From: an uncultured Pseudomonadales bacterium
Lineage (GTDB): Bacteria; Pseudomonadota; Gammaproteobacteria; Pseudomonadales; Azotimanducaceae
NCBI GenBank assembly: GCA_964351875.1
Contig: CAYGQC010000001.1
Coordinates: 2,048-66,047, forward strand
Direction of reading: 5' to 3'
DNA length: 64,000 bases
Shown here: in pieces, positions 10,054-19,896 of the stretch
Numbering within the stretch: the first letter of the stretch is position 1
Layout: each line of letters begins with the position of its first letter
Position numbers and translations under genes: made by a program
The notes under the pieces: generated by a model
What the model was told of the DNA's origin: nothing
The model's input: the letters and a program-made list of their open reading frames with translations, nothing else
The model's database searches: none

Positions 10054-10713
10054 TTAAAGCGCATTTGCGGAAGGTCCAACGCGTCCCAGCGTATCTCCGA
10101 GGAAACTGACAACGCCGGTTCGCAGGTCGTATTGAGCGCCGACGACATGCAGCAAGCCATCAGCGACCCGCTGTTCAAGGATAGACGAACCTGACAACAA
10201 GCGAGCGACGGACGCTCGAATATTCGCCTGCACGCAGCGGCGCAGGAGCATCGGTTCGTCCAGCTCATCATTGAGTTCCACCAGGTCATGCAATGCTGGT
10301 TTGATGCGATCGACAATCGCGGAGAGGTTGCGTGAGTGCTCCGTCTCTGGGTTACGCAGAGCATCCAGAGTCGCGGCTATCGCGCCGCAGTTGCTGTGTC
10401 CCAGCACGACGACCAAAGGCGTATTAAATTGCTCGGCGGCAAATTCGACGCTGCCAATTTGAGACGGAGCAACCACGTTACCTGCCACCCGGATGACGAA
10501 AAGATCGCCCAGGCCCTGATCAAACACGATCTCAGCAGGGACGCGCGCATCGGAGCAGCCAAGTATCGTGGCAAACGGCGCCTGCACGTCCGGCAGTCTG
10601 CCCGGTGCAAGCGCCGCGGGCAGTATCTGTTCGCCTGCAACCGCGGCAACAAAACGGTCATTACCTGCTCGCAGCCGAGCGACGGCTTGTTGCGCAGAAA
10701 CCGTATTGCCCAT
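10054..10713 (-). CDS. Beta-class carbonic anhydrase
   Basis: CSDARVP...DLFVIRVAGN...LGHSNCGA zinc-ligand motifs. Start moved to the ATG at 10713 (MGNTVSAQQAVARLRAGNDRF), because the longer ORF overlaps the upstream esterase gene. Confidence 0.9.
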   Translation of the reverse strand: MGNTVSAQQAVARLRAGNDRFVAAVAGEQILPAALAPGRLPDVQAPFATILGCSDARVPAEIVFDQGLGDLFVIRVAGNVVAPSQIGSVEFAAEQFNTPLVVVLGHSNCGAIAATLDALRNPETEHSRNLSAIVDRIKPALHDLVELNDELDEPMLLRRCVQANIRASVARLLSGSSILEQRVADGLLHVVGAQYDLRTGVVSFLGDTLGRVGPSANAL

Positions 10714-10720
10714 AGGTGCT

Positions 10721-11638
10721 TTAGCTCGACAGCCGAGCGATGAACGTCGCGACTGACGTAAGTGCGGCGCCGGACTCAGGTAACCCTGGGACCGCCTGAA
10801 AAACGTGGAAGGCGCCCGGATAGATTTCGATGGCCGCATCCACACCTGCCCGCCGGGCGCGCTCAGCGAGTTCCGTTGAGTCGCTCAGCAAGACTTCGTG
10901 ATCACCGACCTGGATCAAGAGCGGCGGCAATCCGGCATGGTCGGCAAGCAGAGGGGACACCAGCTCGTTGCTGAGTGCCGTCTCGCCCGCATACAGGCTG
11001 GCCATGGCATTGATGCGCATGGCTTCGATCATCGGGTCGTGCTGCGCTCTCGATGCGTAGCTCTCACCCGAGCTCGTAAGATCAGTCCAGGGCGAAAATA
11101 GAATCGCCGCACGCGGCAACGTCTCGCCGATGGCTTTCATCCTCAGCATCACTGACAGCGCCATACCACCACCGGCCGAGTCGCCACCGACAAACAGGCC
11201 TCCCGCGCCAGCTTCACGACTGCTCAGCTCGCTCGTTACCGCAACGCTATCATCGAGGCCAGCAGGATACGGATGCTCCGGCGCTAGCCGGTAACCAACA
11301 CTGAGCACTCGAACGTTGCAGGTTAAAGCTAGCCTGGCACACAGCTCAGAGTGGCTATCAAGCGAGCCTATGACGTAGCCACCGCCGTGATAATAGACGA
11401 GCAGCGGGGCGTCACCGACATCATCTGCTGTGAACCAGCGGCACGGCACACCCGCTATTATCTCATCTGTTGTCTCGACGCCTTCAGGCATCGGCAGCGC
11501 CGCCTGTTGCTGCTCCATGCCGTCACGCTGCTGTTGAACACTCTGCTCGCCAACGCTTTCGCGGTTGAGACGAATTGCCTGCGCTACCGCAGCCATTTCC
11601 GCGCTGCCATTTTTCTCGGACACGTGCCTACCCCTCAA
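10721..11638 (-). CDS. Alpha/beta hydrolase of the hormone-sensitive-lipase (Aes-like) esterase family
   Basis: HGGGY oxyanion motif (LLVYYHGGGYVIGS), GDSAGGG nucleophile elbow, and C-terminal D...H (EIYPGAFHVF). Confidence 0.85.
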   Translation of the reverse strand: MRGRHVSEKNGSAEMAAVAQAIRLNRESVGEQSVQQQRDGMEQQQAALPMPEGVETTDEIIAGVPCRWFTADDVGDAPLLVYYHGGGYVIGSLDSHSELCARLALTCNVRVLSVGYRLAPEHPYPAGLDDSVAVTSELSSREAGAGGLFVGGDSAGGGMALSVMLRMKAIGETLPRAAILFSPWTDLTSSGESYASRAQHDPMIEAMRINAMASLYAGETALSNELVSPLLADHAGLPPLLIQVGDHEVLLSDSTELAERARRAGVDAAIEIYPGAFHVFQAVPGLPESGAALTSVATFIARLSS

Positions 11639-11700
11639 TTGCTATACGCCGTTGATACTAACAGGCAGATCTCTGCCGCAGGGACGTGCGTCAGCCGCTC

Positions 11701-11752
11701 ATCCACACCCACCAACTCACCCACTGACCCACTCACCAACCAACCCAATACC
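11701..11752. repeat. C/A-rich low-complexity tract, G/T-rich on the minus (coding) strand, with four C3/G3 runs
   Basis: atccacacccaccaactcacccactgacccactcaccaaccaacccaatacc. CCC runs lie at 11708-10, 11720-22, 11728-30 and 11744-46. The tract sits about 60-115 nt upstream of the esterase start. Confidence 0.8.
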
Positions 11753-11790
11753 AAGGGAGCGCAACCTCAACGCCGTCTCGACGCGGCGGG

Positions 11791-12918
11791 CTATCGCTTG
11801 CGGAGCAGAAGGCTGCCTATCGAGTAACCGGCTCCGAACGAGCAGATCACACCGTGCTCACCAGCTTCGAAGTCCTCGTGATGAAGAGCAAAAGCAATGA
11901 TGGAACCCGCAGATGCGGTATTGGCGTACTCATCAAGCACGATCGGCGCGCGGTCCGGATCGCTGTCACGGCCAAGCAAGCGCTTGGCGATGAGCTGATT
12001 CATATTGATGTTCGCCTGGTGCAGCCACCAGCGCCGCACAGCCTCTACAGAGACCCCGCAATCATCGACCTGCTGTTCCAGATGATTGGCCGCCATCGGG
12101 CAGACTTCCTTGAACACACTGCGACCATTCTGGTGGAACAGGTTGTCTTCACCGAACGGCTCGGTGTCTTCGGCGAAAGACACATAGCCGAAGTTCGAGC
12201 GAATGTTGTTTGAGAACACTGTCTGCGCTTTGCAGCCGACAACATCGAAGCCTCGATTTGCCTCGGCGCGATCACTACTTTCGACAACAACGGCCGTCGC
12301 GACGTCACCAAAGATGAAATGGCTGTCCCGATCCGTAAAGTTCATCTGCGGCGTCGTCAGCTCAGGGTTGATGACCAGCACAGCTCGAGCCGAACCAGCT
12401 TTTACAGCATCGACTGCCCGGTGCAGAGCAAAGGTCGCCGCACTGCAAGCCACAAGCATGTCGAAGCCGAAGCCCTCGATGCCAAGCGCATGCTGCACCT
12501 CGATGGCGATCGCTGGATAAGCGCGCTGGGTATAGGCGCAGGAGACAATAACCATGTCGATATCAGACGGGGTCTTGCCGGCATTCGCGAGCGCTCGTTC
12601 GGCCGCATGCAACGCCATCTCGGCCTGGTGCGAGATCTCGCCATCCGCTCGAGGCGTTAGCCGAGGCCGCATACGGTCGATATCGAGGATGCCGTCTTTG
12701 TTCAGGGTGTAACGGCTCTTGATGCCCGAGGCTTTCTCGATGAACTCCGCTGATGACAACGGCTTTTCGGGCAGCTCGCCCGCGGCAATCTTGTCTGCGT
12801 TTTGGCTATTGTAGCGATTGGCCCAGGCGTTATAGCTTGCGACCAGCTCTTCGTTTGAGACTTTCTCTTCCGGAGTCCAGAGCCCAACGCCGGAGATTAC
12901 CGCGCCCGGCTGGGTCAC
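11791..12918 (-). CDS. FabH-like beta-ketoacyl-ACP synthase III family protein (long form, PA3286-like from memory)
   Basis: Cys-His-Asn triad contexts are present: LVACSAATFAL, WWLHQANINMN and YANTASAGS. Confidence 0.8.
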   Translation of the reverse strand: MTQPGAVISGVGLWTPEEKVSNEELVASYNAWANRYNSQNADKIAAGELPEKPLSSAEFIEKASGIKSRYTLNKDGILDIDRMRPRLTPRADGEISHQAEMALHAAERALANAGKTPSDIDMVIVSCAYTQRAYPAIAIEVQHALGIEGFGFDMLVACSAATFALHRAVDAVKAGSARAVLVINPELTTPQMNFTDRDSHFIFGDVATAVVVESSDRAEANRGFDVVGCKAQTVFSNNIRSNFGYVSFAEDTEPFGEDNLFHQNGRSVFKEVCPMAANHLEQQVDDCGVSVEAVRRWWLHQANINMNQLIAKRLLGRDSDPDRAPIVLDEYANTASAGSIIAFALHHEDFEAGEHGVICSFGAGYSIGSLLLRKR

Positions 12919-13877
12919 GGCGTCGGCTCGTAGCCGTCTTCGAGGCCTTTAGTGAAGATGCTCACCGCATCGTGCGCGTGCAGGCTTTCATGGTGTTCGA
13001 CCCTGACCCAGAAGTCACTGACCCGGCTGTCACCATCAAGCGCTGACTTGAGCTTGCGCGAAGAGTCTTCGACAAACATCAGGTTCTGGCCATTGAGGCG
13101 GGCAAACTCCTGCTCGTCCTCACGCTTTACCGCCGTCTGCACCGGGGTCTTGAGCGTGCCTTCCACCAGATCGATGAAATGGGTAATCGGAAAATCCTCA
13201 AGACGGTCATCCAGCTTGAGCCTCAGCTTCGCTATCGAGCGCTGGCTGTGCGGCGTCGCCATGATGCCTTCTTCGCTGCCCAGCCAGTCCCGCACCTGAT
13301 CAGGCGCGAGCGCCTCCTGGCCGGAAAAGTCCGTATCGAACTGCTCCTGGATGAGTTGCCGGGCGAGCGCCGCGGAACACGGACAGGTCGATGAATAGAA
13401 AACACCGACGGAAAGCTCTATATCCACCACGCCCTTGTTCATCGTGCCGCGAATCTGCACCGGGTAGGAATTCCAGCCCGAGTACTCGCTGACCAGAGCC
13501 GGCCGGCGCAGGTAGTAGTCAAAGTCCAGCTCGATAAACGTCTTCTCACTGAGGTCGCTGTGGCTCTGCAGCATCGACTTCAGCATCAGTTTGAAACCGG
13601 CAAGCGACAGCGGCCGCGTGTCCGCGTGCTCGTCGAGAATGAGATAGAGCCGGGACATGTGAATGCCTTTGGCGTCCGCGTCCGCAAGATCGACGTAGAC
13701 CTGCACTCGGCTCTGAACATGATGCACCCGGCCGTTGTCACGCAGCGCGAGCGGCTGGTGAATCCGGCTCATGCCGACCCAGTTCAGCGTGCCTTTGACC
13801 TCGGTGCTGGCATTACTCGCAGGGTCAGGCATCACGGCGACGTTGCCGGCGACCGACTTGAGATCGGGCTTGTTCAT
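12915..13877 (-). CDS. folE2: GTP cyclohydrolase IB (FolE2 / MptA family)
   Basis: WVGMSRIHQPL, KGIHMSRLY, SSTCPCSAALAR, PHSQRS and VEHHESLHAHDAV motifs. The ATG at 13877 has a GGAG upstream; an alternative ATG is at 13910. There is a 4-nt overlap with the downstream KAS III gene. Confidence 0.88.
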   Translation of the reverse strand: MNKPDLKSVAGNVAVMPDPASNASTEVKGTLNWVGMSRIHQPLALRDNGRVHHVQSRVQVYVDLADADAKGIHMSRLYLILDEHADTRPLSLAGFKLMLKSMLQSHSDLSEKTFIELDFDYYLRRPALVSEYSGWNSYPVQIRGTMNKGVVDIELSVGVFYSSTCPCSAALARQLIQEQFDTDFSGQEALAPDQVRDWLGSEEGIMATPHSQRSIAKLRLKLDDRLEDFPITHFIDLVEGTLKTPVQTAVKREDEQEFARLNGQNLMFVEDSSRKLKSALDGDSRVSDFWVRVEHHESLHAHDAVSIFTKGLEDGYEPTP

Positions 13878-13985
13878 CACGCTACTCCAGATGAGTGGGT
13901 GCTTTGGCATTGTCCCTGGAAACTGTTACCGGACCCAGAATCAGCCACTGCGAACCCGCCATTCTACCCAGCGGGCGGCTCGACG

Positions 13986-14198
13986 TCAGGTATTGCGGTC
14001 AGCAAGACTCGCCTTCTCATCGTCCGTCAGAGGCCGCGCTTCGGACTCGAGCATCACTGGAATATCATCAACGATCGGGTAGGCAAGACCGCTCGCACGG
14101 CACCACAGCTCCGAAGTGCCCTCGGTTTCGTTGCGTTTCAGCGTGAGAGACGCCTTAGATACGGGGCATACCAGCAGCTCGAGCAGCCTGGAATCCAT
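13986..14198 (-). CDS. Trm112/YcaR-family (UPF0434) small protein
   Basis: MDSRLLELLVCPVSKASL...LAYPIVDDIPVML is the typical family signature. Confidence 0.8.
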   Translation of the reverse strand: MDSRLLELLVCPVSKASLTLKRNETEGTSELWCRASGLAYPIVDDIPVMLESEARPLTDDEKASLADRNT

Positions 14199-14437
14199 GT
14201 AAATCGCCTTGTCTTAACCTAACGGAGGAACCCTAGTCTACGGTTGTCCCTCGGCCTAAGACCAGCCGTGCGTATCCGGGCTGCCAAAGCCGCGCTCTGG
14301 CGCCCCTGTTCTGTGCGCCAGACGCCAAAATACCGGCGCGCCAAGCCCTGGTGTCGCGAAAAAAGGATCTAGATCACTGTTCTGCTCCGTGATCCTTCTA
14401 ACCTTGCTGGTCACTTTGTCATCCAAGACCGCACGCC

Positions 14438-14941
14438 ATGTCAGGCTCTGCCTCAGTATTACCCGCTACGTTAAATCCGACCCGTAACGACAAGCGTTCA
14501 AACCGACCGCACGGCTTCACCCTGGTCGAGTTACTCGTTGTTATCGCCGTCATGGGCCTTCTTGTCAGCATCGCAATCTCGAGCTATCAGAATTACGTGA
14601 CGAGCGCGAGCGTCGCTACGGTCAGTAACAACTACGGTGAAGCAGTCCGCAGTGTGCGCAATCAGTTCGCGTCCGCAGACGCCCGCCGATCGAGTGGCGC
14701 CGACATAACAAACACAGTACCCAGCGACATTGCGGGATGGCTTGCGATCCTGAACCCGTTGTCGGCGAAAGCGCCGGGTGGCAACCCTGCCTACGAACTG
14801 GGTGCAGGCAACGGCAGCTCTGGTGCGATTGGTATCGAGATATCCGGCAGCTACGCTGGCGGCGACCTTCAGGTCACCGTAACCCAACCCGCCTTTGCGG
14901 ACATGGCTGCCAAGAGCGAAACCATTAGTCAATCTTCCTAG
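14438..14941 (+). CDS. Prepilin-type N-terminal cleavage/methylation domain protein (orphan pilin or pseudopilin)
   Basis: G|FTLVELLVVIAVMGLLVSIAISSYQNY class III signal. A 26-aa leader precedes the Gly, and there is no closer in-frame ATG/GTG/TTG. The mature part has no cysteines. No obvious SD, so the start is uncertain. Confidence 0.75.
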   Translation: MSGSASVLPATLNPTRNDKRSNRPHGFTLVELLVVIAVMGLLVSIAISSYQNYVTSASVATVSNNYGEAVRSVRNQFASADARRSSGADITNTVPSDIAGWLAILNPLSAKAPGGNPAYELGAGNGSSGAIGIEISGSYAGGDLQVTVTQPAFADMAAKSETISQSS

Positions 14942-14969
14942 CCAGCGCGTGCAGACCTGCCGGCTTTAG

Positions 14970-16283
<1,314 letters not shown>

Positions 16284-16365
16284 TCAACAAAGTTAAGTCG
16301 GTGCCGCTGCCCAACGGGCACACGCGCGACACAGCCACAGGAATCAGCCCGAAATAGAAACCGAT

Positions 16366-17541
16366 TCAGGATTCGTGGTCAGCGACGATCCAGGCATCCC
16401 CATCCGGCAGAAGCCGTCGGTCACACAATGCCGGCACGTCCTGATTGGTACTCAGCGCCTGAACCACCCGCTCGCCACGACCGCGCAAATCCGCGATTGC
16501 CGTCAGCAACGAAGGCTCACTTCCCGTTGGCGCGAAGATAGCACGGTGGTGACCGTGCCCGAGCGGCAATTGCTTCAGATCGAGGTCAAAGCCCGTCGCC
16601 GGACGAATGCGACCAAACTTGCCACCCAGCCCGTCGTAACGCCCCCCTCGGGCCAACGGCTGTCCGCGTTCGTTGCCGTAAGCCGCGAACACCACACCGG
16701 TGTGATAGCCGTAGGCCGCAACCTCGGCAAGATCGAAGAACACATCAACATCCGGCAGCCGAGAGCCCAGCTCCTCGCAGAGCGATTGTAAGTCCGCAAG
16801 CGCGCCGCGAACGTCAGAACCCAGCTCTTCGCTGGCGCGCGCCAGCACATCACTGCGGCCCATCAATCGAGTGAGAGCAACCAAACGCTCGCCCTCGCCG
16901 CCCGTGTCCAGCGCGTTGATATCCGACTCGGATTTGTCCTGGATCGCGTTGTAAAGCAAGCGTTGCTGGCGCTCATCGCTCGTCGCCGAGCGCAGCAGTG
17001 CGCGCACGATGCCAGCATGCCCTAAAACGAGTAGCGGCCTGGACACGCCACCCACCTGGAGCACCTCGGCAAGCAGCGAAATTATCTCCGCATCTGCGGC
17101 AAGTTCGGAGGCTCCAAACAGCTCTGCGCCCGCCAGGTACGGCACGCGTGTCGATAGCGGCATGCTGCGCTGGGAGCGCGCGACCGGCCCCGCGTAGCAA
17201 AGCCGTTGCGGGCCACTCTCCTGTGCAAGGGAATGGCTATCGATTCGCAGCGCCTGGGATGTCATCTCAGGTCGGAGGGCGAGGGTTTCGCCGCTCTCCG
17301 GGTCCGTGAGTTTGAACATCTGCTGTTCCATATCTTCCGCGCTGCCCACGAGCAATCCGTCGAGCCGTTCGATCAACGGCGGCTCCACGTACTCGTATCC
17401 CCAGGTGTCGAACACATCCAGTACGCGCCGGCGAGTCTGCTCAAGCTCACGCGCTCGAGGCGGCAATACTTCATCGATCCCTTCCGGGAGACGCCAGTAG
17501 TCAGTCACGAAAATATTCCTGGCTCGCAGAAGCGCGAGCAA
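16366..17541 (-). CDS. hisZ: ATP phosphoribosyltransferase regulatory subunit (HisS paralogue)
   Basis: Class II aaRS-like core without an anticodon domain. WRLPEGIDEVLP and LRPEMT motifs. Its position between yjeT and purA matches Pseudomonas. Confidence 0.85.
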   Translation of the reverse strand: MLALLRARNIFVTDYWRLPEGIDEVLPPRARELEQTRRRVLDVFDTWGYEYVEPPLIERLDGLLVGSAEDMEQQMFKLTDPESGETLALRPEMTSQALRIDSHSLAQESGPQRLCYAGPVARSQRSMPLSTRVPYLAGAELFGASELAADAEIISLLAEVLQVGGVSRPLLVLGHAGIVRALLRSATSDERQQRLLYNAIQDKSESDINALDTGGEGERLVALTRLMGRSDVLARASEELGSDVRGALADLQSLCEELGSRLPDVDVFFDLAEVAAYGYHTGVVFAAYGNERGQPLARGGRYDGLGGKFGRIRPATGFDLDLKQLPLGHGHHRAIFAPTGSEPSLLTAIADLRGRGERVVQALSTNQDVPALCDRRLLPDGDAWIVADHES

Positions 17542-17545
17542 AGTG

Positions 17546-17731
17546 TCAGCGAGCGATACTCACAATTACGGTACCGATGAGCATCATCGAAAGGCCCATT
17601 ATGCGCAGGCTTGGCTCTGCCGTCTCGGACGCTTTCCGGGCAGCCGCTCGCCAGCCCGAGGGCCAGGCAAACGGGAGAATGCCCTCGATCACAAGTACGA
17701 GACCGAGGGCAATGGCGAGTTCGCTAGCCAC
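17546..17731 (-). CDS. DUF2065 (YjeT-like) small membrane protein
   Basis: 61 aa with two hydrophobic segments. LVLVIEGILPFAWP motif, and the conserved position downstream of hflC. Confidence 0.75.
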   Translation of the reverse strand: MASELAIALGLVLVIEGILPFAWPSGWRAAARKASETAEPSLRIMGLSMMLIGTVIVSIAR

Positions 17732-18596
17732 CGCTCTCGCTCTTGAGATACTTGAAGAAGTCGCTTTCGGGATCGAGGATCATGAGATCCCCCTTATCCG
17801 CGAACACTTCCGTGTACGCGTTGATGCTGCGGTAGAACGCGTAGAATTCCGGATCCCGGTTGAATGCATCGGCGTAGATTGACGCGGAACTAGCGTCACC
17901 GTCACCACGAATCTGCTCAGATTCTTTGTATGCGTTGGCCGCGACTACGACGGTCTGCCGGTCCGCGTCCGCTCGAATTCCGATAGCCAGTTCGTCACCC
18001 TGAGCGCGGTATTGACGAGCCAGAATCGCACGTTCGGATTCCATCCGATCGTAGACGCCACGCGAGACTTCCGGTGGCAAATCGATGCGCTTGGTACGCA
18101 CGTCGACTACTTCCACGCCAAGGTTTTCACGCATCACGGCGTTCAGTTCGGCGGTCAGCTCGCTCATCAGAAGGTCTCTCTCACCGGAGATCACTTCATG
18201 CATGTCGCGGCGAGAAATCTGGTTACGCAGACCCTCATCCACTCGCTGCCCCAGGATAAGTTCCGCGGTCGACTGCTGCCCAGTAGTTGCCTTGTAGAAA
18301 CTCAGAACATCGGCAACTCGCCATTTAGCGAAGGAATCGACCAACAGCGGTTTCTTTTCCAGGGTGTAGTAGGTCTGCGGCGCAGCGTCCAGCGTGATGA
18401 TGCGGCCGTCAAACTTGATGGCTTTCTCCGCAAACGGAATCTTGAAGTGGAAGCCAGCCGGAACATCCGCACGGGTCACCGCACCAAAACGCAGGACGAT
18501 CGCTCGTTCCGTTTGATGCACGATAAAGAAACCGTCAAGCGCAACCAGCAATACCAGTACCGCGACGACAGCGGACAACAGAGACTTGAAGTTCAT
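17724..18596 (-). CDS. hflC: FtsH modulator HflC (SPFH/band 7)
   Basis: N-terminal TM segment plus an SPFH domain, following hflK. Confidence 0.93.
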   Translation of the reverse strand: MNFKSLLSAVVAVLVLLVALDGFFIVHQTERAIVLRFGAVTRADVPAGFHFKIPFAEKAIKFDGRIITLDAAPQTYYTLEKKPLLVDSFAKWRVADVLSFYKATTGQQSTAELILGQRVDEGLRNQISRRDMHEVISGERDLLMSELTAELNAVMRENLGVEVVDVRTKRIDLPPEVSRGVYDRMESERAILARQYRAQGDELAIGIRADADRQTVVVAANAYKESEQIRGDGDASSASIYADAFNRDPEFYAFYRSINAYTEVFADKGDLMILDPESDFFKYLKSESGG

Positions 18597-18613
18597 AGCT
18601 ATGTCCTTGTGGT

Positions 18614-19747
18614 TTAGCGGCCGGTACGGCCGGTGGTGGAACGGTTATCTACATCACGCCGCAGCGAATCGATCATTTTGCTGACCTCATCACGACTGAT
18701 CCCGCCTCCAGGGCCCGATGGCGCACCGCTGGTCATTCGATCAAGCGGCAGGTAGAGCATGTTGTTGCCGCCCTCGACATCCACCATGACCTTGCTGCTG
18801 TTGGACAGCACCTGCTCAAGCGCATCGATGTAGAGTCGATCTCGCGTGACTTCCGGTGCCAGCCGATATTCGGTGAGCAGCTTGGTGAAGCGTTCGGCTT
18901 CACCTTCGGCTCGCGCAACCACCCGGTCTCGATAGGCGTTGGCTTCCTCAATCTGCTTCTGGGCTTCACCACGAGCCTTGGGCAATATGCTCTCGGCGTA
19001 GGCGTTAGCTTCATTGATCACCCGGGCCTCATCTTCCTGGGCGGCCTGCACGTCGTTGAACGACGCGGCAACCTGAGCCGGCGGACCACTTTCCTGAATG
19101 TTCACTTTCGACACCGTGATGCCAGTGCCGTAGTTCGTGAGGTAAGACTGCAGACGTTCCTGCACCTCGGCGGCCAGAGCGGCTCGGCCATCCGTAATGA
19201 CGAGGTCCATCGATGACGAGCCAACCACGTGGCGCAGCGCCGACTCAGTCGCCTGGGCAACACTCGACTCCGGCGACTTCACGTTGATCAGGAAATCGAT
19301 AGCGTTGCTAACGATGTACTGAACGGTCAGCGCGATATCCACGATGTTCTCGTCTTCCGTCAGCATCAGCGCACGGTGATCGTGGTTACGAACTGCGTTG
19401 ACATCGACAATCTGAACGTCATCGACGATCGGTGGATTCCAGTGCAGGCCTGGCACAACCACGTTTTCCTGGACCGCACCAAAGCGGAACACAACGCCGT
19501 GTTCGCGCTGGTCAACCTGATAAAAGCCAAAGGCGATGTAGACGACAATCGCTATTACCAGCGCGCCTATCAGGCCGCCTTTGGAGATACCACCACCACT
19601 ACCAGAACCGCCGCCGCCACCGCGGCCGAAAACCCCGGACAGTTGCGACTGCAGTTTCTTGAATGCCTCATCGAGATCCGGCGGGCCTTGATCGCCTCCG
19701 CCCCAGGGATCTTTTTCCTTGCCGCCGCCTGGTTCATTCCATGCCAT
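18614..19747 (-). CDS. hflK: FtsH modulator HflK (SPFH/band 7)
   Basis: MAWNEPGGGKEKDPWGG... Gly-rich N-terminus, a TM segment and an SPFH domain. Confidence 0.93.
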   Translation of the reverse strand: MAWNEPGGGKEKDPWGGGDQGPPDLDEAFKKLQSQLSGVFGRGGGGGSGSGGGISKGGLIGALVIAIVVYIAFGFYQVDQREHGVVFRFGAVQENVVVPGLHWNPPIVDDVQIVDVNAVRNHDHRALMLTEDENIVDIALTVQYIVSNAIDFLINVKSPESSVAQATESALRHVVGSSSMDLVITDGRAALAAEVQERLQSYLTNYGTGITVSKVNIQESGPPAQVAASFNDVQAAQEDEARVINEANAYAESILPKARGEAQKQIEEANAYRDRVVARAEGEAERFTKLLTEYRLAPEVTRDRLYIDALEQVLSNSSKVMVDVEGGNNMLYLPLDRMTSGAPSGPGGGISRDEVSKMIDSLRRDVDNRSTTGRTGR

Positions 19748-19896
19748 GTGTTCTCTACGCCTTTTCTTTACGCTTTTACGGTCTTAACGCGCGCGCCATT
19801 GCGCTCTCAATGCGCACTCAATGCGCGTTCGGAATCTATCGACGCAGCTTAGCCCGACCCTTAGCCAGGCACGCCACGTCTGAGCTGGAAATTCTA

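Noticed and set aside
13878-13985. Zur box upstream of folE2 (GGAAACTGTTACC around 13919-13931).
   Set aside because: Only a half-site-like match is present, with no palindromic partner. I cannot support it without a matrix scan.
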